Shown here piece by piece: positions 46,891 to 64,000 of a stretch of 64,000 bases of DNA. The stretch is from NCBI RefSeq assembly GCF_009914755.1, contig NC_060939.1; one strand, 5' to 3'. The notes beneath the pieces were generated by a model. That model made no database searches, had not been told where the DNA came from, and saw only the letters and a list, made by a program, of their open reading frames with translations. Each line of letters opens with the position of its first letter. Position 1 is the stretch's first letter. This stretch comes from the human T2T-CHM13v2.0 reference genome, Homo sapiens. Made by a program: the position numbers and the translations under genes.

Positions 46891-47447
46891 TAGATAAATG
46901 TATTGTTGGGGCATGTCCAAGTTTAGTTACATGTAAAGAGATTTTTTTTGTTTCAGTGCTTTAGGAAATCAACACATTTTTAAATGACTTTGAAACCACT
47001 AAAGTTAAATTTCCCGAGTGGTTTTCTTTTTTCTACAGTTAAAGTGAGAGAATGAGTAAAGGTATAGACCTGATTTCAGAGCTTCTTCTAGTTTTGCCCC
47101 TAAAGGGTGGGAAAATATACATTTCTACACTTTCCTAGTATAGGAGAAGGACAGTCGTGGAGTCAATGCCCTGTCATTAGTACAAATAATGGCTCTTGGC
47201 CTGGCTTCATGGGAATTTGAGAGATCTGTTATGCAGAGGTTAAAATACATGATTCAAAGAGTTCAGTTCAACATAAATGAACAATGCAAACAGGTAAAAT
47301 ATGAAAGAATAGTTTGACTTGGTAATTGACATCCATAATTTCAAGCATTCAAGCAGAGGCTGGCAGGCTACCTCTCAGTACTATGATTAAAAGGATCCCT
47401 GCACTGATTATTTAAAATGGCTCTTTCAGATAAAAGAGTCTATAATT

Positions 47448-47750
47448 GGCCAGGTGCAGTGGCTCACGCCTGTAATCCCAGCACTTTGGGAGGGGGAGAC
47501 AGGTGGATCACGAGGTCAGGAGTTCAAGACCAGCCTGCCCAAGAGGGTGAAACCCCATCTCTACTAAAAATACAAAAATTATCCGGGCATGGTGGCAGGC
47601 ACCTGTAATCCCAGATACTCGGGTGGCTGAGGCAGAGAATTGCTTGAACGCAGGAGGCGGAGGTTGCAGTGAGCCAAGATCGTGCACTGCACTCCAGCCT
47701 GGGTGACAGAGCGAGACTCTGTCTCAAAAACAAAAACAAACAAACAAACA
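47448..47750 (+). mobile_element. Alu (AluS-type)
   Basis: Target-site duplication aaaagagtctataatt. Confidence 0.93.
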
Positions 47751-48802
47751 AAAAGAGTCTATAATTTTTAAGTCTCCCAAATTCAAGGAATGTGGATTCC
47801 ATGGCTAAGATTAAGGAAACACATTTATTCCTGTCACTGGGACCTGTCTTAAAGGTATTATTAGCAAGGCATGAGAATCCACCCTGGGTAGAGTTTGAAA
47901 TCCAAAGCAGTTTTATTGGTTGGTATTTAGTTTGTAAAGTATTTATCCTTCATGTAGTTCAGAAAAGTTTATATATACTTCACACGTATATTCATATATT
48001 TCAAAAATCCTATCAAATACATGGCAAAGATTAGTTAGAAAAAATCCTAAGGGAATGCCAGTGATTAAAATATATATCAAGAGTCTTCTAAATGACCATA
48101 ATTCTATTTTTAAGAATCTATCCTAGAAGAAAAAGTTTATGCACAAAGACGTTCATCATAGAATGCTATAGTAGAAAATGACAGATACACTCAAATGTAT
48201 GAAAATAATGGAATAGATCAGCTGAGATAGATACCTGATCAATATAATTTGACCATGGCCTAGGAAATCTGAGTATTTTATCCTAAAACATTTCCTTCAT
48301 TGTTTAAACCATTAAAACCGCATATAATGTAGAACTGTAACTCTGTTTGATAACTTATGCAAGGAATATCATTAGTTGAAAAGAGGGGCTGCGTTCTCTT
48401 AATCACTATAATAGAATTCCATAATGCCACCCCTTGGCTCTCTTGCAGATGAGGAAATAAATCCTTCTACTTGAAAAACATCCAGTTGGTAGTACTAAGC
48501 CAGACATATATATTGAGTATGTGTTATGTACCAAGCACTGCCATGCAAGTTTTAAGAGATAAGAAATTAAGACTGAGTGTCAACTCCCAAGTCTCTTACC
48601 ACTCAAATCTAAGTCACACAGGGAGTTGAAATGGCAGCCTGTTACAGAAAACGGGAAACCCCAGGACTCAGCAGATGGGAGCCTCCAGTTATCAAGAACT
48701 ACTCACAGTGAACAGAGGCTAAGAAATGGACCTTTTCAGTCTCAAAGTAAACTACGTTTTCAGTAGAAAACCGTAAGGGACCAGAACTTTATAAAGAAAT
48801 AA

Positions 48803-48979
<177 letters not shown>

Positions 48980-49299
48980 TGAAGCAAAATTCAAAAATGT
49001 TCACTGCTATTATTTTCATTTTTTGAATGTCACATAGAGTAAGATTTCTGAATCTGCAACTGATTGATTATTGGCTGATAAGAATCCAGCATGGAATGAT
49101 TCATGTGGAAATGAAAGGAGTCATACAGTCATTACATGGCAGTAAATCCTATGGTTACATTTCCTGTAGTCAGAGACAATAGGCAGTGGTATGAATTGCA
49201 TCATCAGGGAGAGATCATCTCCTGGCACTATGTGTGTTCCGATCAGTTGTGCAAGATTTCATGGTGGAAAGGAACCTAGATTAGTTAGCACTTGTTATG

Positions 49300-49911
49300 T
49301 ATTTCTTTCTTTTATAATTTTAGTTTTTATTCCAGATTCAGGGAGTATCCTCTATGTGCAGGTTTGTTACATGAGTGTATTGTGTGATTCTGAGATTTGG
49401 GGGTATTACAACAAGTAGCCTCTGTTCACTGTGAGTAGTTCACTCAGGTACTAAGCATAGTACCCAACAGCTAGTTTTCAACCCTTGCCTTCCTCTATCC
49501 CCTCTCTGGTCGCCCCCAGTGTCCCTTGTTGCCACTCTATGTTCATGAGTACTCAATGTTTAGCTCCCACTTGTAAGTGAGAATATGTGGTATTTGGTTT
49601 TCCGTTCCTGTGTTAATTTGCTTAGGATAATGGCCTCTAGCTGCATCCACGTTGCTGCAAAGGACACGATTTTATTCTTTTTGTGGCTGTGTAGTATTGC
49701 ATGGTGTATGTGTACCACATTTTCTTTATCCAGTCCACCATTGATGGGCATCTAGATTGATTCCATGTCTTTGCTATTGTGAATAGTGCTGCAATAGACA
49801 TACAGATGCCTGGATCTTTTTGGTTGAATGATATATTTTCTTTTGGATATATACCCAGTAAAGAGATTGCTCGGTCAAATGACAGTCCTGTTTTAAGTTC
49901 GTTGAGAAATC
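49300..49911 (-). mobile_element. L1 3' fragment (L1PB/L1MA-like)
   Basis: Minus-strand ORFs translate to L1 ORF2 C-terminal-like peptides (AALFTIAKTWNQSRCPSMVDWIKKMW). Confidence 0.9.
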
Positions 49912-50570
49912 TTGGAATGCATTTCATACATGGCCTTCAGCTTAGACAAAGCCTTTGAGGTGGCCCTGGAAAGCCTAGAAGACAAAGCTAAGAGAGAAAT
50001 TGTGAGTGCCAGAGGGAACGTAAATAAGGGGGAAGGAAAAATGGAAGTTAGGAAAACTGTAGGACTTTAAACATATTAATTTGTCTGCATGATTGGTGAG
50101 CAGAGGGAGAAGTAAATTTGTCGCGAAAGCTTCATTCTTCTGTTTTAACAACCCACAAAGAGAAATTAACTCAGCTGAAGTCATTATTCCAAAATATGAC
50201 TTAAATTGATAGAATCACATCATGTCTCAGATCTAAAATTATGTTTAATGAGCACAGAAATAGCAAAGGTCTGAAAAGCCTCTGTGTGCAGGAAGAAGAA
50301 AGGTTAATGGCTGTAAAAAAGACTAGTAAACAGCTGAGTCCCTCCCCAAACCTTATTAAAATACTACTTTCTGCTGGATAGAATTCCCCATCATCAAAGA
50401 AACATATGGCCACAAAGAACAGAGGGGAAAATGTCAAAATCCTTGAAACCATTTCCTTCTTTATTCTTTCCAATATCTTCTGGATATATTGCGGGTGAGC
50501 ATTTATTATCTTATAAATAACCAAAAAGGCCATTTCTATTTTTAAAAAATAAAATTAAGAATGTGAGAAT

Positions 50571-50875
50571 GGCCAAGTGCGGTGGCTCACGACTATAATC
50601 CCAGCCCTTTGAGAGGCTGAGGTGGGCGGATCACTTGAGGTCAGGAGTTCAAGACCAGACTGGCCAACATGGTGAAACCCCGTCTCTACTAGAAATACAA
50701 AAATTAGCGAGGCGTGGTAGCAGGTGCCTGTAATCCCAGCTACTCGGTAGGCTAAGGTACAAGAATCGCTTGAACCGGGAGGCAGCGGTTGCAGTGAGCC
50801 AAGATCGTGCCACTGCACTCCAGCCTGGGCGATAGAGCGAGACTGTCTCAAACAAACAACAACAACAACAAGAAA
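50571..50875 (+). mobile_element. Alu (AluSx-type)
   Basis: Target-site duplication gaatgtgagaat. Confidence 0.93.
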
Positions 50876-50932
50876 AGGAATGTGAGAATGAAGCAGGGGG
50901 AAATAATGTAGTTGAAAGCCATTTGCTTATGA

Positions 50933-51154
<222 letters not shown>

Positions 51155-51411
51155 TGAAATATTCGTTCTCACTGGCAATCATTTTCCATCATTTTCTGAA
51201 ACAGTTAATGTTTGCATCTGGCTCAAGTTCTATGTCTGCCACATAGTCAAGATCGATTCAAATAATATAAAGAATGATAAACTGCAGTGTTAACTTGTGC
51301 CTCATCTTGTGTATCACTTAATCTTTCCCCAAATCTTCTTGTTTGAATCACCTAGAGAAAATGACTGTGCATAGCTATAAATGACAAATTTCTTCTCTTC
51401 TTTTCCATTAG

Positions 51412-51540
<129 letters not shown>

Positions 51541-51879
51541 TAAAGTTTTCTTGTTTTTATTGAAAACCAAAGAATTCTTCTGATTATTCATAGGGCTTTC
51601 CTTTTAGTTTGAAAAATTACTCGTTTTATGTTTAGGATCCCATTTGGGAATATTGGCATCTAAGAAGGAAATGAGAAATCCTTGTGTGTAGAGGGCCTTT
51701 GAGGAACTCGAGGTAGACTTTGAATTTTAATCTATTCTTTGAATCTTGAGTGTTCGAAATCCATCCAACCACATGACGCTGAATCCTTCCTCCCACCTGC
51801 CTGAAACTGTCTAAATCTACAGTCTCCCCCAGCTGCCATATCTACTGACCTGATGGCTAGCAGAATTGAATTGCCTGTT

Positions 51880-52060
51880 AGTGTTTCTGGAAATGTGGTC
51901 CACTGACCATCTATATCGCAATCACCTGGGGTGTTTGGGAAAGTGTGGAGACTTCAGGCCCAATTCCAGAGTAACTGAGTCAGACTCACTGAGGGTAAGG
52001 AGTCTACATTTCACAAGCTACTCAAGAGATTCGTAGACCACTGGCATTTGAGAATCACTT
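51880..52060. mobile_element. MER5A-like relic
   Basis: aatgtggtccactgacc...aatcacctgggg...tttgagaatcact. Confidence 0.65.
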
Positions 52061-52660
52061 ACCTAGACTATAATCTTGGCTTCCTCTCCCCAGGTGATAT
52101 GGAAACAGCTACATAATCTTGGAGAGGCACATTCATCAACTTAAACTTGCACATTTCTCTCTCCTCCCTAAGGCCCCACTTTTGCTGATGAGCATATCAG
52201 AGGAAAAGAAGCAGAAGGCAGAGGACATTGGGAGCCACACATAGGCGGGCAGAGACTTCCTCAGCACAGCAGTGCCAAGCAATGAGGGCTCCTCATCATT
52301 ACATATTGAACTCAGGAAGGGACTATAATTCATGAATCCTCATAGCATTTGTATGAGGCTGAAGAGGGGAATTTGTAACTCTCTGTGTTTGTTAGATTTT
52401 TAAAAATTAAATTAAAACTGATTTCATATAGAGATGTTTCAATTATGTAATTTAGCCTCTAAGATCTCAAATCATTGCCCTGTGCTGCATTTAAGCGAAT
52501 AAGCAACCAAAGTTTTTAAAGTCTTGTATACATTAGATAATATCCTTTAAAATCATTCTTTCAGAACAAGTGCATTGGCTCCACCCATAAGCTTCATGGC
52601 AGCTGTTATGCCTACTTTCTTGTTGGTATCCATGTTCCAGAATCACACCCAGCTGCCTGC

Positions 52661-52707
52661 ATTTGCATCATTGCATCATTTGCATCATTGCATCATTTGC
52701 ATCATTG
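52661..52707 (+). repeat. 17-bp-period tandem repeat made of five TTGCATCA units
   Basis: tttgcatca ttgcatca tttgcatca ttgcatca tttgcatca ttg. Confidence 0.95.
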
Positions 52708-52799
52708 AGGGTGATAGATGTCTGACCTTCAGATAAAGGATGACGTCTCTATATTTTTTCTTACATTGCCCAGTAAAAAATCCAGCTGGAATTAAATCA

Positions 52800-53142
<343 letters not shown>

Positions 53143-53650
53143 CTAGCCTTCAGAGGTAGAACTCTCTAGAGATGTGAAAAAGGTATGAATGACAAAGAGT
53201 CCTGAAAATCAGAGAACACATATTGGGCCTATGCAGGGAGATTTCAACTGGGGAGTTTTCGGTGCACTGCTGTTTAACTAATATCCTGCAGAGCCTACTT
53301 ATTGCATACATAACAGTTATAGAACACAGGATTAGATGCCTCCAGAAAAGCTACAGGGAGTTAATTGTATGCCCAGTCGCACATCTACCCATTGCCACTT
53401 GAACTTTTTGTAGGTAGAGGTCTCGATTGTCTATTTTCTGATTGGTAGGCTTTTTTATTACTTACTTTATGGAAACCCTAGCTAAGAGTAAATATGTATC
53501 CCCAAAGAAAAATGACTAACTTCTTAAACTTTGACAGATGCTCGCTATGTTTTCAATTTCCAAATAAATTCAAGCTTCAAGGCTATAACAGCTGTTCAGC
53601 CCCTGGTCTCATCACTCATACGTACATGTTCAATTCTGTTACTTTTACAG

Positions 53651-53752
53651 CGGAACTGAACACCATTGCTCCCATCATCTCCAACTTTTTCCTGGCCTCA
53701 TATGCACTTATTAATTTCTCCTGCTTCCATGCCTCTTATGCCAAATCTCCAG
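53651..53752 (+). CDS. SLC12A1: SLC12A1 exon 14 ([33 protein letters not shown])
   Basis: AG/GT boundaries, 102 nt. Confidence 0.97.
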
Positions 53753-54752
53753 GTAAGCTGACTTCCAAACTAAAATATGCCTAAGCAAACAGTTAGTTTG
53801 TCTCAATAAAACGAAATAAATCAGTGAAAAGTGTTCAATCTGTGTTTATATGTTTCCTTATATCCTAGTGGGAAGCGTAATCCACTTTATTTTGGTGAGT
53901 TTGGGGATGAGTTTTGAAATAGAAAAAGAATCATTTGAGCAATGGCCTTTTTGACCAACCAGAAAGTCAATTTTCTCCTGTGGCAATAAATTATTCATTG
54001 CAAGAGAAACCACACTTATTTCAGCAGTAGAAAAACACCACTATTTATTTCCAGGGTGAAAGTGACCACAGAAGTGGAATTAATCTATATATTTGAAACT
54101 TCCTTACTATCAAATTTGTTTCCTGCCCATGGTGCAGAAGAGAAGGATGAGTAGTTCCCATAATTACCTGCTGAGTGGAGGCAATGTAGACAGGCTGCAT
54201 TGATGCTGGTGGCATCAGTGCACCCTTTGGGCTGTGGTTTAAAGCTGTTCAAAATTTCACACCAAAGAACCTTCCCCTTTCTAGTCACTCCTCACCTCTT
54301 CTTTGCTTTCATTGTCCACTACAGTTTCTTCTGCCTTTCTACCAGAATAGAGAGTTGTCATTATCTACCTTCAGAAAGTTCTCCACCTTGAGAACTTTTA
54401 CCGGATATATAAACACATTTCCACTCATTGAGGGCCTGACAAGATATTAAGCCTCCTTTGGAAAAACTTGCTGCCAATAAGACAAAATATAGATGGCAGA
54501 CCAATCTTAATCTAACGAATACTAGGCTACAGAAAGTAGCAGAGTATTTTTGTTTCTTTGTGTGTTTTGTTAACACAGAAATGTGTGACTCCATGCCATG
54601 TTATGGCCACTTTTGAAAAATAAGGTGAAATAATAGAGGCAGCCAGGGAAAAGAGTAAAAAAGAGAACGGGAAAGAAGGAGAGAGACAGGAAAATATAGA
54701 ACAGCATATAGAGGAAGACACATGGATACACAAACCCAGAAAATGTCTGCCT

Positions 54753-54779
54753 CACACACACACACACACACACACACAC
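54753..54779 (+). repeat. (CA)n microsatellite
   Basis: Directly visible. Confidence 0.95.
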
Positions 54780-55686
54780 GGACGGGAAGCCAGACTCAGA
54801 GAAAAATAAGACTATTTTCAATGATGTTCTTGAAGTGCTATGTCCATCTTGTGGCCATTTAGGAAATTGCTCCCAAACACTTAAAAGTTCTGCTGTGTTT
54901 TGGCAACTCCTAATTTAAAACATACCCCATTCATTAACAAAAGGTGCCCTTCGTATCAGAGCTTTTCCCTCCTGTCCATACTGTCTTCCAGTTGCTTCCA
55001 TTTCAGGGAACTAAAAGAACACAGAAAACTCCCACGCACGTGCGCACTGTGAGAAATATTTTCATTGCAAAATGCATGACACATTAACACATTGGGTTTA
55101 AGAAGCCTTTGCTAGCCCTTAAGTTTAAAAAGCCATTTCTCCATCTTTTTTCATCAGTTATTATTTCTGAAAGGGCAAGCACTGTCCTCTTAGGGTAATG
55201 GAAGCTACCAGGAAGTCAAGCAGATTGACCCTTGATGACTACTCCACCTTCTCCAAGGGAGCAAAAAGCCCATTGTTTTCTCTTTTTCTTTCTCTGACAA
55301 CCAAGAAGTTTCTCCTCCCCACCTGGTAGATCCCACTCTTTCCATTCCTCCTGCCTCTTTTCAGCTCCTGATGGCATAGATACTAGATGCTTAAGGTTTG
55401 GAAGTTTGGGAAGACAGTCGGGAGCACGGAGTATGGAGGGTCCTGAATGGCATATTTTTCAGATGCTTAACATTTCCTAAACTTTACAGCATTCTATTTG
55501 GTGTAAGTACCATCTTCATAGACCAGGGACCCAAGACCATAGGAAAATAATCACAGATTCTGGAACTTGGCCTAAAAGTTCTGATTCTTTATGTCAGGAA
55601 AAAGGCATGTTACCTGCATTCTTCTAATATTCAGTGCCATGATCATAGTAGAGTGGAAGTTTTCCTTCTGCATATTTTGTTTTCAG

Positions 55687-55842
55687 GATGGAGACCTGCG
55701 TATGGAATTTACAACATGTGGGTATCTCTTTTTGGAGCTGTTTTGTGCTGTGCAGTCATGTTTGTCATCAACTGGTGGGCAGCTGTCATCACCTATGTCA
55801 TTGAATTCTTCCTTTACGTCTATGTGACTTGTAAGAAGCCAG
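55687..55842 (+). CDS. SLC12A1: SLC12A1 exon 15 ([11 protein letters not shown]...TCKKP; TM11-12)
   Basis: AG/GT boundaries, 156 nt. Confidence 0.97.
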
Positions 55843-55994
55843 GTAAGATAATGACTGTCTGGAATAGCGTTTCCAAATCTCTCTCTAACTACTCATTTAT
55901 TAAGCATTTATTGAGCAGCTTCTATGGGCTTAGGTGAGGCATATGTAAGGTGGATATTAATAATATCGTGCAATATAATAGTAACAATAGTTGG

Positions 55995-56299
<305 letters not shown>

Positions 56300-57262
56300 T
56301 AACAATAGTTAACCTTGTTGAGCACCTATTATATACCATGCACTCATTCAATCATCACAATACTATTAGTCCCATTTTACAGATGAAGAAACTGGGGTTC
56401 AAAGAGTTGACTACTTGCCAAAGTAATAATCAAGATGTGATGGAGCTGACCATATAACCAGAATGTGTATGATACCAAACCAACCTGACAAGCTTTCCAT
56501 TACATCACTTTCTGTTTCTGATGTCCTGATAAATTAGATATAGTCCCTGTCCTCAAGGAGTTCACAGAGTCACACTTAAGGAATTAATTATGATACAATA
56601 TAGTAACCACTATGAGAGTAATATGAGCAAATTGCTGAGAAAAGGGGAGGGAAGGATTAACTTTGGAATTATCCAGGAAAACTTTTTGGTTCCTAACTTA
56701 TGTTCACAGAGTCAAACACTCAGTGGACATTTAACAAATATTTTTTAAATGAATAAATAAATGAGGGGTTTTTTAAATTAAAAAAAAAAGCAAGCAACTG
56801 GGGTTTGGTTAATCAGAGTCAGGGAATGGTATTTTGGGCAGAAGGTGAAGCATGAATGACATTAAGGACACATGCAAGTGCGGGGCAGCATATTTGGGAA
56901 GGCTCAAGGCCTTCAACACACAGAAAGTTCCTGAGTGATGGGGAGAAGGATCACAGGGAGAGCCTGGAAGAGTTGGTGGGGGCCAGATAAATAAGAAACA
57001 TAAAGGTCATGCCAAAGATTCTGATGTTGTGAGCAATAGGAAGATGCCACAGGCTAATCAATTGGATAAACAATTGGATCTGAACTTTGGGTGTTGACTT
57101 TAGTACCATGTATATTAAATTTAAGAGGGGCTGCAGTCAGTGCAGTGCAGGGTAACCCAGAGCCACCCTCACATTCTCCTTTCCCTTACTCTGCCAGTAA
57201 AGCAGAGCTTGTAGTAACTACCTTGGAGGGGTCTGTTTAGCTTTTATGACTTTACCTATTGT

Positions 57263-58420
57263 TAACATCACATATAACTTACATATGGCAAAATTCAGCC
57301 CTTTTAAATGTGCTGTCTATATGTTTTGACAAACTCGTACAGTGCTGTAACCGTCATCAAGATACAGGATATTTCCATCATCCTCACAAGTTCCATTATA
57401 CCCCTGTGTAGTCAATCTCCACCCTCCAACTTAGCCTCAGGCAGCTGCTTTTCTGACGTCTGATCCTGTAGCTTTGCCTTTTCCAAAATACCACATAAAT
57501 AGAAACATACACGATATAGCCTTTGAGAAGACTTCCTTTCACTTAGCAGAATGCTTTTAGATTTATCCATGCTGTTGCATATGTAAGTGGTTTATTCTTT
57601 GGTATCACTGAGTAGTATTCTATTGTATGAATACATCACATATATTTTTAAATTCTGTTCACCAGTTGATGGTCATCTGAGTTGTTTTCAGTTTAGGTCC
57701 ACAGCACTTTATGTGGACTTATGTTTTCATTTTCCCTTGGGTAAATATCTAGTAGTGGGATTTATGATTAATAGTAAGTGTATATATAACTTTATACGAA
57801 ACTGCCAAACTGTTTTCTGTGGTAGCAGTATTATTTTCCATTCCTACAAGCCATGAATGAGAGTCCTAGATGCTCCACGTGTTTGTCAGCATGTATTATT
57901 GCCAGATGATTTTTTAAAAGCCATTCTAATAGATGTGTAGTGCCACCTCATTGTGGTTTAATTTGCATTTTCCCAATGATTAACGATGTTGAACATCTTA
58001 TTTGCCATCCATATATCTTTTTTAGCCAAGTGTCTGTTTAAATCTTTCGCTCATTTTTTAGTTGTTTTATTATTATTCAGTAATGAGAGTTCTTTATCTA
58101 TTCTGGATGCAAATCCTTTAGTATATGTGTTTTGCAAATATTTTCTCTGGATCTGTGGTTTCTCTATTTTCCTTACAGTTTGTTTTGAAGAGTAAAAGTT
58201 CTAAGTTTTTGTGAAGTCTAATTTATCTTTTTTTTTTAATGGCTTACCATATTGCATCTGATCTAAGGTATCTTTTTCTTATCCAGAGTCACAAACTTCT
58301 AGAAGTTTTAATGCTTTGGAAAGTATATTTAGGTCTATTATCCATTTTGAGTTAATTTTTGTATATGATGTGAGGTATTGTTCAAGGTTCACTTTTTACA
58401 TACAAACGTCCAATTGACAA
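57263..58420 (-). mobile_element. Old L1M (L1MB/ME-like) fragment
   Basis: aactgccaaactgttttc, cattgtggtttaatttgcattttc, tttgcaaatattttctc motifs. Confidence 0.85.
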
Positions 58421-58662
58421 GTAGAGTTTTTATCCCTATAAAAATAAACAGCCTAAGGTATGCTTAATGCCTGATGCACAATCAACACTTAATCAATATT
58501 GATCTTCTTTATCTCCAGATAATCATTGTTCACCCATTTCCCTGGCTTTCTAGAACAAGGCTAAGGAGAATAGGTTCTGTTTGTCATCTGGGGTGTATCT
58601 GTACATTCTTGTCAGGGACTTCCTCTCATAAACCTTGGAAGATCCATTTAATACTTAAATTC

Positions 58663-58705
<43 letters not shown>

Positions 58706-58712
58706 CAAAAAA

Positions 58713-59124
<412 letters not shown>

Positions 59125-59230
59125 TCATAGAATTCCCATGCTATTCAGTTTTACTATTCAAAATATAAAGATTACTGCACACTATCTGTGTATACAGAAA
59201 TGCTGCTTCTCCTTCCAGTTTAAGAATTTG

Positions 59231-59581
<351 letters not shown>

Positions 59582-59801
59582 CTATATGCCTGCAATGTGG
59601 TTATCGCACAGCCTCTCCCACCAAGCAAGATTTCTAGGACTGCAGTTGTACAGTCTGATCCTTTGCTGGAATGAAGCCTTAGCTTCTGAAGATTCACGTA
59701 GTATTCATAGAAGGATACAAAGTGCTTTTTAGGAAATCCCACACTATATTTTCTCTAATTTGGGCACTCATCTTTGCTGGCATAGCCAAGGAAAATCATA
59801 G

Positions 59802-59984
<183 letters not shown>

Positions 59985-60514
59985 TAAAGCTGGTGTCTCA
60001 GGCATCCTGGTGTTTTTCCACCCTAGAAGTGGCTCTCCTTTATAAGAGACAAGGGCATTCAAGTAGTTATAAGCTTTAGGGGTACATTCTAAAAATAAGC
60101 AGTCATACAAAACTGCCACATTTTCATGACAGCACCTCCTGTAAGTGAGTGCTTCTTTCCTTCCACACTGAGCTATGCCCATCCCAAACTACAGCCCCTC
60201 ATAGTGCCAGGTGTCACCTTCCATGCGTGGAGATAGCAAGGTGGACTAGGTAATGTGACTTCAGAGAGATGATCCTAAATCCCCACACACATTACTCTGC
60301 TATTGTTTCCATTCTGCTTAAGGCTTTAGGGCTTACTGAATTCTCTTAAAAGTAATCCTTTTAGCTTTTCATTAGTTGTATCTTATTTTGAATAAAACCT
60401 CAAGCGCAAGCTTGTATGAAGAATGAAAGAAAGTAACATAAAAATCTTGCTTGGAGAGGAACAGATTGCCTTGGGATTTGGGGTAAGTGGCTAGAGGAAA
60501 AAGGACAGGGGGAC

Positions 60515-63038
<2,524 letters not shown>

Positions 63039-63163
63039 GGACCATAAGACCACTTTTTCCTTACTTCACACTTTTGCTAGGACTAACTGAACTGAGAACA
63101 CAAACATGTCAAGACAGGCAGGATGATTCAAGAATACTGGTGCGAAACCCAAAAAATAGATAG

Positions 63164-63451
<288 letters not shown>

Positions 63452-64000
63452 TGAGGAGAAAAGGTACATGCAGTGACAGGAAAATAGCAAAAAAACAGTT
63501 TATAGGAGAGCCCTCTACCTTGATTCATAGAGCAAGGACAAGCAAGAGCCCGTGATCCTGAATTTAAACAGGTAGATGTAAAGCGTTTCAGATTTCATAA
63601 GAGACCAACTAAAAGTGACAAATATTTCCAAATGATGGCCTTTGAGTCAAGAAAAAGATAGCTGGCTCAGAAATAAAATGAAGGCATTTGGGGTGATAAC
63701 TGTCTACAGAAATATAAAAAGATGGAATGAGCCAAATAGAGCACTATTATAGAGATTAACTGATGAGGAAAGAACCAGACATAATGGCCTTAAATGACAG
63801 CACATAGAATTTAGATTAAATATTTGGATAAGTTTGATGACATTGCAGATACTCTAAAAACTAAACCAAGTTTTTCATGCCTTAGATAAACATTCAGAGC
63901 TAAATGAATTATTTTTGCCCAGGAAATACATGGTAGACTAATAATAACTTATTGGTGAGTTTCCTAAGAGGTATTCAAAACTGGTGCTAGTAATTTAATC

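Noticed and set aside
49560-49927. L1 ORF2-like peptides
   Set aside because: Truncated, frameshifted L1 relic.

Overview
Human genomic DNA: it is Alu-rich and carries a consensus-like AluYa5. It holds the coding exon of CTXN2 (cortexin-2, 5392-5637, +). About 5 kb downstream on the same strand lie the promoter and exons 1-17 of SLC12A1 (NKCC2, the renal Na-K-2Cl cotransporter). I rebuilt the SLC12A1 exons by hand from GT-AG boundaries. They join in one uninterrupted frame through codon 718 and include the three 96-nt paralogous cassette exons B, A and F; the gene continues past the window. Introns hold about 20 Alus, L1/L2/MIR/MER fragments, a two-LTR THE1 element and microsatellites. This is a well-studied locus and I found no evidence of a wholly new gene system. 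The best leads are: (1) exon F encodes Met at codon 235 where B and A encode Thr, matching the T235M variant as I recall it, and the same base creates a UGCAUG motif; (2) an L2-derived alternative last exon in intron 9 that would give a 430-aa protein; (3) a possible intron-17 read-through short isoform; (4) a tandem array of C/EBP-ATF and octamer motifs in intron 13; (5) a CAG|GTAAGA recursive-splice-type junction at exon 4; (6) a ~195-bp direct repeat flanking exon 8. Repeat subfamily calls and literature links come from memory and were not checked by any search.
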